From an uncultured Gammaproteobacteria bacterium (lineage in GTDB: Bacteria; Pseudomonadota; Gammaproteobacteria; Pseudomonadales; Azotimanducaceae), in NCBI GenBank assembly GCA_913060615.1, contig CAJXUL010000001.1:6391-70390 (forward strand): a DNA stretch of 64,000 bases, in the 5' to 3' direction. Position numbers and translations under genes: made by a program. The notes beneath the pieces were generated by a model. That model did no database searches. It had not been told where the DNA came from and saw only the letters and a program-made list of their open reading frames with translations. This document shows positions 44,388 to 53,627 of this stretch, one piece after another. Within the stretch, counting starts at the first letter, position 1, and each line of letters begins with the position of its first letter.

Positions 44388-47144
44388 GTGTCGGATAATC
44401 TACCGTCTATTCCCAACGAACGCCAAGCCCCTTTAGTGTTAGTTGATGGTTCCTCATATTTATTCAGAGCCTTTTACGCGCTTCCAGATCTGCGTAATTC
44501 TAGCGGCCATCCTACAGGGGCAATTCGTGGTGTCATTAGTATGATACGGAAGTTGGCGCGAGATTATCCCGGAAGTTTGGTGGCGGTAGTTTTCGATGCG
44601 CCTGGCAAGACTTTCCGTGATGACCTGTACGCAGAATATAAAGCCAATCGAACGTCTATGCCCGAAGATTTACGCGAACAAATCGCGCCAATCCACGAAC
44701 TAATAAAAGCTATGGGTCTGCCACTGATTTGCGTGGAAGGTGTGGAGGCAGATGACGTAATCGGCACTTACGCTACTCAAGCAAGTGCAACTCAGCGCGC
44801 CACAGTGATTTCCACTGGTGACAAAGACATGGCCCAGCTTGTAAGCGACCACGTTACGCTTGTAAACACCATGACCGAAACCACCATGGACCGTCAGGGC
44901 GTGATCGACAAATTTGCAGTAACACCTGAACAAATTATTGATTACTTAGCGTTAATGGGCGACACCGCTGACAATATTCCAGGGGTGCCCAAGGTTGGAC
45001 CTAAAACAGCCAGCAAGTGGTTAAATGAGTTTGGCTCACTGGATGGCGTGATTGCCCAAGCCGATGAAATAAAAGGCAAGATCGGTGAAAATCTACGCGC
45101 TAGTTTAGAGCAGCTACCCTTATCCAAGGCGCTCACCACTATCAAGTGCGATGTCGACTTAGAGCAGTCCATTGAGCAATTGCAATCTATACCAGCCGAT
45201 GTGCCCACGCTGCAAAAATATTTCAAGGAATTTGAGTTCAAAGCATGGTCCGATGAACTGGGCCGTACGGACAGTAAGACTGAGAAAAAGTCAGACGCCA
45301 CCCTCGCTGAAGCAGCCGTGCCTGCTGTTGAATATCCCCGCGACTATGAGGTAATTACCAGCGTTGAAGCGCTCAATTTATGGATTGAGGAACTATCAGG
45401 CGCTGAAGTTTTTGCCTTTGATACCGAAACCACCAGCGTCAACTATATGCTAGCGGAGCTGGTTGGTTTCTCATTTTCCGCCAAGGCTGGAAGAGCAGCC
45501 TATTTGCCAGTGGCCCATGACTATCCGGGCGCGCCTGACCAGCTTTCTCTCGATCAAGCATTAGCCGCGTTAACGCCATTGTTAGCAAATCCGGCCATTG
45601 GCAAGATTGGCCAGAATATTAAATACGATATGAGCGTCTTAGCTCGGTACGGCATCAGCTTTGCCGGACCACTTTATGACACTATGCTTGAGTCCTACGT
45701 TTTGAACAGCGTAGCAACGCGCCACAATATGGATGCGTTAGCAGAATTTTATCTAGATAGAAAAACCATTCACTTCGAAGATGTTGCCGGCAAGGGTGCC
45801 AAGCAGCTGACATTTAATGAAGTGCCTTTAGAAACCGCAGGTGAGTACGCTGCTGAAGATGCAGACATCACACTGCAATTGCATGAATGCCTGTATCCAC
45901 AAATTCAAGCAGAGCCAACACTGCTGCATGTGTTTACCAACATCGATATGCCGTTGGTACCCATACTTTCACATGTAGAACGACAGGGTGCTTTGGTAGA
46001 TGGGCGTATGCTCAAACAACATGGCGCAGAGTTGGCTGATCGGCTGAAAGAACTTGTTGAACAGGCTTGGGAGCAAGCGGGAGAGACCTTTAACTTAGAC
46101 AGTCCAAAGCAACTACAGACCATCTTTTATGAAAAACTAGGTCTGCCCATACTAAAGAAAACCCCAGGTGGTAAGCCCTCTACCGCGGAGGCGGTGTTGG
46201 TCGATCTGGCTCGAGATTATGAGTTGCCGGCTACGCTGCTGAATTACCGTGGCCTTGCTAAACTTAAATCTACCTATACTGATAAGTTGCCTTTAGATAT
46301 CAATACTGAGACAGGGCGCATACATACCTCTTATCACCAAGCAGTAACGGCAACCGGCCGCCTGTCTTCATCAGATCCAAACCTGCAGAATATTCCAATT
46401 CGTAATGCGGAGGGTCGGCGCGTTCGACAGGCGTTTGTGCCGCCTGCGGGTTATAAAATTATGGCTGCGGACTATTCGCAAATTGAACTGCGGATAATGG
46501 CGCATTTGTCAGGTGATCCAGGTTTGACCACGGCATTTGCCGAGGACCAAGATATTCATAGAGCAACCGCCAGCGAAGTATTTGATGTTGCACCAGATGC
46601 AGTATCTGATGATCAGCGGCGCAGCGCCAAGGCCATTAACTTTGGCCTCATTTATGGCATGTCTGCGTTTGGTCTCGGTAAGCAATTGAGCATTTCTAGA
46701 ACCTTAGCCCAAGACTACATTGATCGATATTTTTCGCGCTACCCAGGTGTTTTACGTTACATGGAAGAGACTAAGGCACTTGCGGCGGAGCAAGGCTATG
46801 TTGAAACAGTTTTTGGGCGCAGATTGTATCTGCCGGAAATTAATGCCAAAGCGGTGCCGCGTCGCCAAGCTGCGCAAAGAACGGCGATTAACGCTCCTAT
46901 GCAAGGTACCGCAGCAGACATAATTAAGTTAGCGATGAGCTCTGTGCAAAATTGGTTGGCCGGTGCGGATTTAGATGCGCGGATGATTTTACAGGTTCAC
47001 GATGAATTAGTGTTTGAGGTCAGTGAAGCAGATTTGCAGCAGCTCACTGAAGAAGTAGTGCAGCGTATGTGCGGGGCGGTTGAGCTATCAGTACCCCTTA
47101 CTGTGGCAACTGGCGTAGGTATGAATTGGGATGAAGCGCACTAG
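44388..47144 (+). CDS. polA: DNA polymerase I
   Basis: 5'-exonuclease (LVDGSSY, GVEADD), 3'-exonuclease (FDTETT), polymerase motifs ADYSQIELR, KAINFGLIYG, QVHDEL. Confidence 0.99.
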   Translation: MSDNLPSIPNERQAPLVLVDGSSYLFRAFYALPDLRNSSGHPTGAIRGVISMIRKLARDYPGSLVAVVFDAPGKTFRDDLYAEYKANRTSMPEDLREQIAPIHELIKAMGLPLICVEGVEADDVIGTYATQASATQRATVISTGDKDMAQLVSDHVTLVNTMTETTMDRQGVIDKFAVTPEQIIDYLALMGDTADNIPGVPKVGPKTASKWLNEFGSLDGVIAQADEIKGKIGENLRASLEQLPLSKALTTIKCDVDLEQSIEQLQSIPADVPTLQKYFKEFEFKAWSDELGRTDSKTEKKSDATLAEAAVPAVEYPRDYEVITSVEALNLWIEELSGAEVFAFDTETTSVNYMLAELVGFSFSAKAGRAAYLPVAHDYPGAPDQLSLDQALAALTPLLANPAIGKIGQNIKYDMSVLARYGISFAGPLYDTMLESYVLNSVATRHNMDALAEFYLDRKTIHFEDVAGKGAKQLTFNEVPLETAGEYAAEDADITLQLHECLYPQIQAEPTLLHVFTNIDMPLVPILSHVERQGALVDGRMLKQHGAELADRLKELVEQAWEQAGETFNLDSPKQLQTIFYEKLGLPILKKTPGGKPSTAEAVLVDLARDYELPATLLNYRGLAKLKSTYTDKLPLDINTETGRIHTSYHQAVTATGRLSSSDPNLQNIPIRNAEGRRVRQAFVPPAGYKIMAADYSQIELRIMAHLSGDPGLTTAFAEDQDIHRATASEVFDVAPDAVSDDQRRSAKAINFGLIYGMSAFGLGKQLSISRTLAQDYIDRYFSRYPGVLRYMEETKALAAEQGYVETVFGRRLYLPEINAKAVPRRQAAQRTAINAPMQGTAADIIKLAMSSVQNWLAGADLDARMILQVHDELVFEVSEADLQQLTEEVVQRMCGAVELSVPLTVATGVGMNWDEAH

Positions 47145-47305
47145 CTAGGTGGTCGTTGCTTTAGGGGCCTGCACTTTTTTCTTGGCACTTGTCTTGAGGT
47201 TGTCCAGGGTTGTCTAAATCTGTCTTAGGCTCTAGGGCTCGATTTGCGGCCCAAGGGCCATTGGCTTTAGCATTTGGCACTGCTATGTCTAGTTAACAAT
47301 TAGGG

Positions 47306-48088
47306 CTAAGGATTTTCCGATTTTTCTTGCGATTTTTCTTGCGATTTTTCTTGCGATAGATCTTCCGATATATCAGCTGGCAGGTCTGACGGCTGATCTT
47401 CCAATAGATCTTCCAAGACAGGTTCATGCCCGTTTTCTATCAACGCCTCTTCATCTGCTATCAATTCGTCGCCGTCTATTGGCGTAGCCAGTAAATCCAG
47501 CAGTTTCGTAATCAGCTCTTCCTTGCCAAGCCCGCGCATGGCGGAGAAACACTGCACGGTGGCATAAGGATAATCGCTATAACCGCTGCGAATCTTTTGC
47601 AGAATTTGTTTTTGTGCTCCACCGCTTAGCTTGTCAGCTTTGTTAAGTAGTACGTGAATAGGGATATCGCTTTTTGTGCTCCACTCGAGCATTTCCAGAT
47701 CAAAGGCTTGGTTTGGGTGGCGAATATCCATCACTAAAATAATGCCAGCCAAATGGTTGCGGTAAGATAAGTAGTGGTTGACCGATTTTTGCCAAGTTTT
47801 TTGCGCTGCTTTGGCCGCTTTTGCATAGCCATATCCAGGTAAATCGACAATCCGACCGCCAGTTCTGATGTCAAAAAAGTTCAATAGCTGGGTACGCCCA
47901 GGTGTTTTACTGACCTTTGCTGTTCTTTTATTGCCAGAGATTTGGTTCAAAACTGAAGATTTGCCTGCGTTGGATCTTCCCGCAAATGCCACTTCAGCGC
48001 CAAAACCGGGGGGGCACCGCTTTAAATCAGGCGCACTGGTAAGAAAGGTGGCTTCAAGTCGTTCAGGTAGTGACTCTTTTTTTGTCAT
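47306..48088 (-). CDS. engB: GTP-binding protein EngB/YihA with acidic C-terminal extension
   Basis: GRSNAGKSS, PGRTQ, DLPGYG, NKADK. Start placed at ATG 48088. Confidence 0.95.
   Translation of the reverse strand: MTKKESLPERLEATFLTSAPDLKRCPPGFGAEVAFAGRSNAGKSSVLNQISGNKRTAKVSKTPGRTQLLNFFDIRTGGRIVDLPGYGYAKAAKAAQKTWQKSVNHYLSYRNHLAGIILVMDIRHPNQAFDLEMLEWSTKSDIPIHVLLNKADKLSGGAQKQILQKIRSGYSDYPYATVQCFSAMRGLGKEELITKLLDLLATPIDGDELIADEEALIENGHEPVLEDLLEDQPSDLPADISEDLSQEKSQEKSQEKSENP
47319..47354. repeat. 12-bp in-frame tandem repeat x3, encoding (SQEK)3 in EngB
   Basis: (GATTTTTCTTGC)3 read directly. Confidence 0.95.
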
Positions 48089-48348
48089 CTTGATATATAA
48101 TCCGCAGTCTCTGAGCTTGGTTTTGATTTTGACCGACAGCACAAGGAGGTTCGTTGCAACTATTGGCGGTCAGGCGCCAGTGTAACATCCTTAAACTGTG
48201 CCGAGGTTTGGAATTGAACTTAACAATTATGAAAGCTTTAGAGATTAAATTTCTGCCTTTAGTCGGCGCGCTAATTAACATCGCGTTTATGTGACGAGTT
48301 AGCCGCGGCAAAGGTTGTATCGCTAAGTAAACAACGGAATTTGAATAC

Positions 48349-48984
48349 ATGAGTGTTCGCACAAGCATTGCAAAAATAACAACGATTTCTATTCTTTTAG
48401 GCTTTTTCAGTGGCGCAGCTATCGCCGCCGGTGACGTAGCCGCAGGTCAAGCTCAGGCTGTTACTTGCGCTGCCTGTCACGGGCAAGATGGCGCAACAGC
48501 TATTGATCCTACCTATCCTAATTTGGCAGGGCAAAATGAGGTCTATCTAACTCGCCAATTACAGATGTTTCAATCTGGAGAGCGCGACGTAGCCCTTATG
48601 AGCGCTCAGCTTATTGGTAAATCCGAGCAAGATTTGGCTGATCTTGGTGCTTACTATGCTTCGCTACCAGCCAAACATTCACAAGCGAAAGGTAGTGACG
48701 ATGACATCAAAGCTGCAGAAGCTATATATAAAGGCGGCGTAATTGCTAAAGGCGTTGCAGCTTGCTCGTCATGTCATGGACCCAACGGTGCGGGTAACGC
48801 GCAAGCCGGTTTTCCAGCCATTAGTGGTCAGTCTGTAGGCTATACCATCGTGCAATTAACAGATTATCGAGAAGGCAGAAGAGGCACTAACAATTCATAC
48901 GGAAATATGATGCGCGGTGTTGCTTCAGGTCTAAGCGACGGCCAAATTGCTATACTTGCTGATTACATTAGCGGCCTACATTAA
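48349..48984 (+). CDS. Diheme cytochrome c4
   Basis: Signal peptide, CAACH and CSSCH, YPNLAGQ; engB-c4-dsbA context. Confidence 0.93.
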   Translation: MSVRTSIAKITTISILLGFFSGAAIAAGDVAAGQAQAVTCAACHGQDGATAIDPTYPNLAGQNEVYLTRQLQMFQSGERDVALMSAQLIGKSEQDLADLGAYYASLPAKHSQAKGSDDDIKAAEAIYKGGVIAKGVAACSSCHGPNGAGNAQAGFPAISGQSVGYTIVQLTDYREGRRGTNNSYGNMMRGVASGLSDGQIAILADYISGLH

Positions 48985-49024
48985 GCGCCTAGTTAGGCCC
49001 TAATAACTATTTCAGGGTTCACAT

Positions 49025-49699
49025 ATGCAGATAAATAATATGATCCAGATGCAGACAAAGACAATTACTGGTGCAATCCAGGTATTTTTATTGTTGTTAT
49101 CCGCGCTGATAGCGCCAGCCGTAATTGCTGGCGAAGCGTATGTTGAAGGCGTTCACTACGAAGCCATCAGCGTGCCAGTGAGTACTGGTTTAACTGATAA
49201 AGTTGAAGTAGTCGAAGTGTTTGGTTATCTGTGTATCCACTGCTATAGCTTTGATCCAATGCTTGGACGTTGGGAGAAAACTAAGCCAGCAGGCGTAGAT
49301 TTTAAACGCGTCCCCGCAGTGTTTTCAACGGATTGGAGCCTTCTAGCTCAAGCCTTTTATACGGCGGAAACTTTGGGTGTTGGCGCTAAGATGCATGAAC
49401 CTCTTTTTGAAGCCATTCACATAGACCGACTTAATCTGTCCGACGAGCAGGTGTTGGCAGAACTATTTTTAGAGCATGCCGGTGTTGATACTGCGGATTT
49501 CACTCAAGCGTTTTCTTCTTTCTCCGTGAAAAGCAGAGTTTCACAGGCAAATGCTAAAGGCCGTGCCTACGGCATTACCGGCGTTCCAACTATGGTTGTG
49601 AATGGTAAGTACCGAGTTGATGGGCGTATGGCCGGCTCTAATGAAGATATGCTGAAAGTTGTAGATTTTTTGGTTGCTAAGGAACAAGCAGCGCTTTAA
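49025..49699 (+). CDS. dsbA: Thiol:disulfide oxidoreductase DsbA
   Basis: CIHC active site, GVPTMVVNGKY, signal peptide. Confidence 0.93.
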   Translation: MQINNMIQMQTKTITGAIQVFLLLLSALIAPAVIAGEAYVEGVHYEAISVPVSTGLTDKVEVVEVFGYLCIHCYSFDPMLGRWEKTKPAGVDFKRVPAVFSTDWSLLAQAFYTAETLGVGAKMHEPLFEAIHIDRLNLSDEQVLAELFLEHAGVDTADFTQAFSSFSVKSRVSQANAKGRAYGITGVPTMVVNGKYRVDGRMAGSNEDMLKVVDFLVAKEQAAL

Positions 49700-49758
49700 A
49701 AACGCTTGTTCTCTTTGTCTCAGAGAAAAAGTAGCAACGGAAAAAGTAAGTGCGGATC

Positions 49759-49782
49759 GGTGGGTTCAATCATGAACTCACC
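49759..49782. terminator. Hairpin between the convergent dsbA and arfB genes
   Basis: GGTGGGTTCA-atca-TGAACTCACC. No clear U-tract, so function is uncertain. Confidence 0.45.
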
Positions 49783-49833
49783 GCGGCTTGCTCTCTTAAC
49801 GCTCCCGCTTAACTATCCTGCCAAAGTATAAAC

Positions 49834-50232
49834 TCACCAGCTGGGTTTCTTCCGCTGACTTTTCACGCTGCCACGTACTTTTTTGCCTTCTAGCCGGCGT
49901 TTTTTTGATGCCAACGTGGGCCGTGTGGCCACCCGAGATTTGGGTCGGATCAATGCCTCGTCGATGAACTTTTCTACTCGTGATACGGCCTCCTGCCGGT
50001 TCATCAGCTGAGACCGATGGTTGCCAGATTGAATAACCAGCTCGCCGAGTTTATTAATACGCTTGGCCTGTTGTTCTTTAAGGCGCGATAAAGGCGCCGG
50101 CGGCAGCTGTAGCTTGCCAACAGCAACTCTAAGCTCGACAGTGCTGGCAGTTTTGTTGACGTGCTGGCCCCCTGGGCCTGATCCCAGAATAAATCGGAAC
50201 TCACAAATTTCTGGGGGCAATTTAAAAGCCAT
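49834..50232 (-). CDS. arfB: Alternative ribosome rescue factor B
   Basis: SGPGGQHVNKT (GGQ motif), SQLMNR and a basic tail RPTLASKKRRLEGKK. Confidence 0.95.
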   Translation of the reverse strand: MAFKLPPEICEFRFILGSGPGGQHVNKTASTVELRVAVGKLQLPPAPLSRLKEQQAKRINKLGELVIQSGNHRSQLMNRQEAVSRVEKFIDEALIRPKSRVATRPTLASKKRRLEGKKVRGSVKSQRKKPSW

Positions 50233-50444
50233 TATCAATCGACACACGCTGAATGGGAGCAGACCATAAAAGCCTCACTGCATAAGTTCAATGCCTGCGC
50301 GGGAATTTTGCGCAAAATATGGCGAGAGGTTATGGCAAGACGCCCAGCCAAGTTGGAAAGCGAAATGCCGCATTGCTGATTTCCTGCACTTGGCGGGGCA
50401 GCGCTAAGTACACGCGCAGCATGTAAATGGACAGACGCTTCAAA

Positions 50445-51005
50445 TTATTGGGATTTATCGAATACGCGGCTAAACGTGCGTTTCTTTGAGCCAGGATTTT
50501 TAATGGTGACCACGGCCAATAGTCGTCCATCGCCTCGTATGGACCACGTCTTAGCGACTTTACGCTCGGTAGTTTTATACTTTTGCTCAATCTTTTTCTG
50601 CGACCATTTGCTGTCTCTGCCGCGATAGTGACCTTTGCGCAAAACCTCCTTAGCGTCCACACCCCCGACTTCCGGGTAGTCTATTTGTATCTTCGTAGGC
50701 ATCACGGTAATAAACATCGTCCGTGAGCGTAAGACCGCTGGGTCGGCAGCAGTTAAAGGAGACTGGGCTCCGACTTTTGAGCGCCCGGTGGGAATGGGTA
50801 GGCCCAAGACGGATACGCTGACCCTGCCTGGGCCCCCGAGAACCGTTGGCTTTTCATCCAGCTCTTCACGCAATAAATCTGTTTCTGCAACATTTATGAC
50901 CCATTCACCTGCATATTTTTCAGCAACAGCGTTCGTTGCAGCAATAATACTGTTGCTGCAAAAAGTCGCCAGGCAGGTGAGTAAGGCAAGATACCCTAGC
51001 TTCAT
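50445..51005 (-). CDS. Hypothetical secreted protein
   Basis: 186 aa with a signal-peptide-like N-terminus; no family recognised. Confidence 0.7.
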   Translation of the reverse strand: MKLGYLALLTCLATFCSNSIIAATNAVAEKYAGEWVINVAETDLLREELDEKPTVLGGPGRVSVSVLGLPIPTGRSKVGAQSPLTAADPAVLRSRTMFITVMPTKIQIDYPEVGGVDAKEVLRKGHYRGRDSKWSQKKIEQKYKTTERKVAKTWSIRGDGRLLAVVTIKNPGSKKRTFSRVFDKSQ

Positions 51006-51056
51006 TTGTATGTTCCGCTGCTGAGTAGTTGTTCCATTAGCGTTCAGTCTAATTCC

Positions 51057-53072
51057 CTAAGAGTCCGTTATAGCGTTTTTCAAAGCTTCAAGCTCTGTTG
51101 GCGCTGTGCCGGCTTTTTCCTGTGCCAACTTAATCTTTGCCGCCGTTAAGAAGGTGTTCAGATCTTGTTTGTAACTATCTGGGTTAACAAACGGGTTTGC
51201 GGCCCCAGTTGGCCGAGCGGCCGCTAAGTCCCGACGTGCAAACACTTTGCCCATCTCTTGGTGATTAGGCAGGCTCACGGAAGTGCCTTCTTGAATAGAT
51301 TGCAAGCGTTCGTAGCTGCTTATGTAGGTTTCAGTGCGCGCCACACCTGAGAAATTCAGACCGACACCGCCCAGTGTCATAGCGGTATATTCATTGTCGC
51401 CTTCGCGTACCTTATAACGAATAGATAACACGCCGGTGGTGTGGCCGGGGGTATTGAAAAGTTCGAAGGCATTGTCACCTAGAGCAATTATGTCACCATC
51501 TTTAGCGACAACATCGATGTTGGGTTTAGGCATATAAAACTGTGGTAGCTCCGGTTCTGCCCTGGCGATTGCCCAGTCGTCGGCGGTCATGACTATTTCT
51601 GCGCCATAGACTTTTTGCAAGTAGGCCGAGCCGCCAGCATGATCGAAGTGACCATGGGTGTTGATGACATATTTGATGTCACTTGGATTAAAGCCTATTG
51701 AGCGAATGTTGTTCACTAACATGGGCACCCACTTTCCGTACAGGCTATCAATGAGTACCAGGCCATCATCGGTATCTATTAGGTAGGCGGCAACCCAGTC
51801 GATGCCAACATAGTAAACGTTGTCGAAAATCTTGAAGGGCTTTACATATTGGGTCGCTGGATCTTCCCAGCTATCCCAAAGGGCTTGTAGTGCAGGATCA
51901 ATGGCTGCGCCAACATAGCTTTCACGGATGCAATCACCGCACAACACATCTTCTACATCCGTAAAGCTCTCAAGATTGGCCACCCAGTCCCTAATGCCTG
52001 TGCCATTTGCAGCCCAAGTATAGAATTCCGGTTTCTGCAATACGGTGTGGGAAGTGCCGCCGCCAATAAAGCTGCGAAAATTATCGGCCTCTGCGCGGAT
52101 GTCCTGATGATTTGCTTTCAGCGAGTCTAAAAGCTGAACATGCTTCTGTCCGCTTAGCGCAAGAAACCTTTTTTGTACCGCGTCTTCAGCGGCATCGTAC
52201 TCAGCGAAAAGAATTTCTGGGTGCTGTTGGGCCGCAGCGATATATAAGGACTCATAATTCATGTCATGTGAATTCAGATGTTCGAAGCCCTTTTCGTCTT
52301 TAATGAAATTAAACGTACCCCATTGTTCGTGGGGTCGAGTTGCCTGATTCATGCGCCGATAGCCACCTGCCGCATCGCCCAGTTGAGCAATCTGGGCATC
52401 TGGGTAGTGGTCGGCAATGATGGAGGCATATAAGGGTGAGGGGATGGCGCCCGCAGATGAGCCGGTGACAAATATGTTTTTGGGACTTTTAACATTGGCG
52501 TAAGTCCAATCTAACACCGCTTGCATATTGGCTCGGCCTTGATGGCGAATCACTAAATCTTTCTGTCCCTCTTCAATAGGCGGATATATTGTATCGCTGG
52601 CCCCGATATGCACATCGCCGGTGCAATAGGGCGCATAAACTACAGTGTGATCTTTGAACGGGTTACCCGCTTTTGCGAAATTGAAAATGCCGAAATGGGG
52701 GTAAGAGGTATTTGCCACATTGATGGTGTAACTGGGCTGCATTTGCGGATCGCAGGTCTGCCTAAACCAGCAGCCCCCGCCGCCTTGGAGATATACTAGA
52801 AGCTTGTCGGACGAACCTTGGCGAACGAAAAATTTGTATGGAGAACCATCGGAGCAGGTGGTTTCGCCCTCTGGAAATAAAGTTTGCCAGTCATCCACTG
52901 CTGTTACGTCGCCCTCAACGCCAACTTCGACCCCAACTTCAACTTCAACTATAGACCCTGGACTTGCCGGCTCATGTTTTTGGCAACCTGTGAAAGCCCA
53001 GAGTGACGCCAGAACAATTAGGCCTATCTGCACCTTTTGCAAAGACGCTCGAGTATTTATCAGTCTTTGCAT
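51057..53072 (-). CDS. Lipoprotein fusion: pectin-acetylesterase-family hydrolase plus subclass B3 metallo-beta-lactamase-fold domain
   Basis: Lipobox FTGC30. Esterase motifs TCSDGS, LQGGGGCW, GSSAGA. MBL motifs PFKIFDNVYYVG, HGHFDH, PGHT, PNH. Confidence 0.88.
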   Translation of the reverse strand: MQRLINTRASLQKVQIGLIVLASLWAFTGCQKHEPASPGSIVEVEVGVEVGVEGDVTAVDDWQTLFPEGETTCSDGSPYKFFVRQGSSDKLLVYLQGGGGCWFRQTCDPQMQPSYTINVANTSYPHFGIFNFAKAGNPFKDHTVVYAPYCTGDVHIGASDTIYPPIEEGQKDLVIRHQGRANMQAVLDWTYANVKSPKNIFVTGSSAGAIPSPLYASIIADHYPDAQIAQLGDAAGGYRRMNQATRPHEQWGTFNFIKDEKGFEHLNSHDMNYESLYIAAAQQHPEILFAEYDAAEDAVQKRFLALSGQKHVQLLDSLKANHQDIRAEADNFRSFIGGGTSHTVLQKPEFYTWAANGTGIRDWVANLESFTDVEDVLCGDCIRESYVGAAIDPALQALWDSWEDPATQYVKPFKIFDNVYYVGIDWVAAYLIDTDDGLVLIDSLYGKWVPMLVNNIRSIGFNPSDIKYVINTHGHFDHAGGSAYLQKVYGAEIVMTADDWAIARAEPELPQFYMPKPNIDVVAKDGDIIALGDNAFELFNTPGHTTGVLSIRYKVREGDNEYTAMTLGGVGLNFSGVARTETYISSYERLQSIQEGTSVSLPNHQEMGKVFARRDLAAARPTGAANPFVNPDSYKQDLNTFLTAAKIKLAQEKAGTAPTELEALKNAITDS

Positions 53073-53158
53073 AGGTTCCCCGCCAATATCGTTTTAGAAT
53101 AGCCTCTGATAGTAACGTCGCGGCATCCGCTGGGACAACAGTCTTGTGGAGACAAGTT

Positions 53159-53500
53159 ATGGAAGTGCTAGATCGAGTAAAATTGTTGCAGCAGGCGCAA
53201 TTGTGGAAACAGGGCAGTGTCGACAGTGAAGCAATGTGGCTTTGGTCTCTGCAAGCTAAAGCGGAAATGAAGGTCGTTGATGCGGCAGTGCGTGATGCCC
53301 TAGATATGTTGTGCTCTATTCCCGAAGACCTACTGATCAGTGAAGACACGGAGGTTATTTTTGACGCATTAGGTAATCCAGAAGATCAGACAGACTTGTC
53401 CTGTAATTTGCTTTGGAATTATCTCGACATGGTGGATACCAGAAGCCGTAGAGCAACGTTAGCCCAAGACCCATTTTATGGTCCTTATTGCCAAGACTAG
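53159..53500 (+). CDS. Hypothetical small acidic protein
   Basis: GGAGA Shine-Dalgarno 6 nt upstream of ATG 53159; 113 aa, helical-looking, no motif recognised. Confidence 0.7.
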   Translation: MEVLDRVKLLQQAQLWKQGSVDSEAMWLWSLQAKAEMKVVDAAVRDALDMLCSIPEDLLISEDTEVIFDALGNPEDQTDLSCNLLWNYLDMVDTRSRRATLAQDPFYGPYCQD

Positions 53501-53540
53501 TTGTAAGGACTAGTTGTATTGACTAGTTATTGGACCAGTA
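53495..53540. repeat. Degenerate ~13-bp tandem repeat (GACTAGTTGTA core)
   Basis: gactagttgtaag / gactagttgtatt / gactagttattg / gaccagta. Confidence 0.8.
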
Positions 53541-53627
53541 AGCTAAATAATTTGCGTTAGAAATGCCCAGGCTCACCTGGGTAGGCCCGCCCTCCTAGAG
53601 GCGGCGGCGGAAGAGGAGGAAGAATTC

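Noticed and set aside
47145-47305. Spot 42-like sRNA downstream of polA
   Set aside because: No resemblance to the Spot 42 sequence as I recall it; only a weak terminator-like tract.
50330-50662. 110-aa ORF overlapping the 50445 gene
   Set aside because: Same-strand alternate frame, no motifs and no clear SD.
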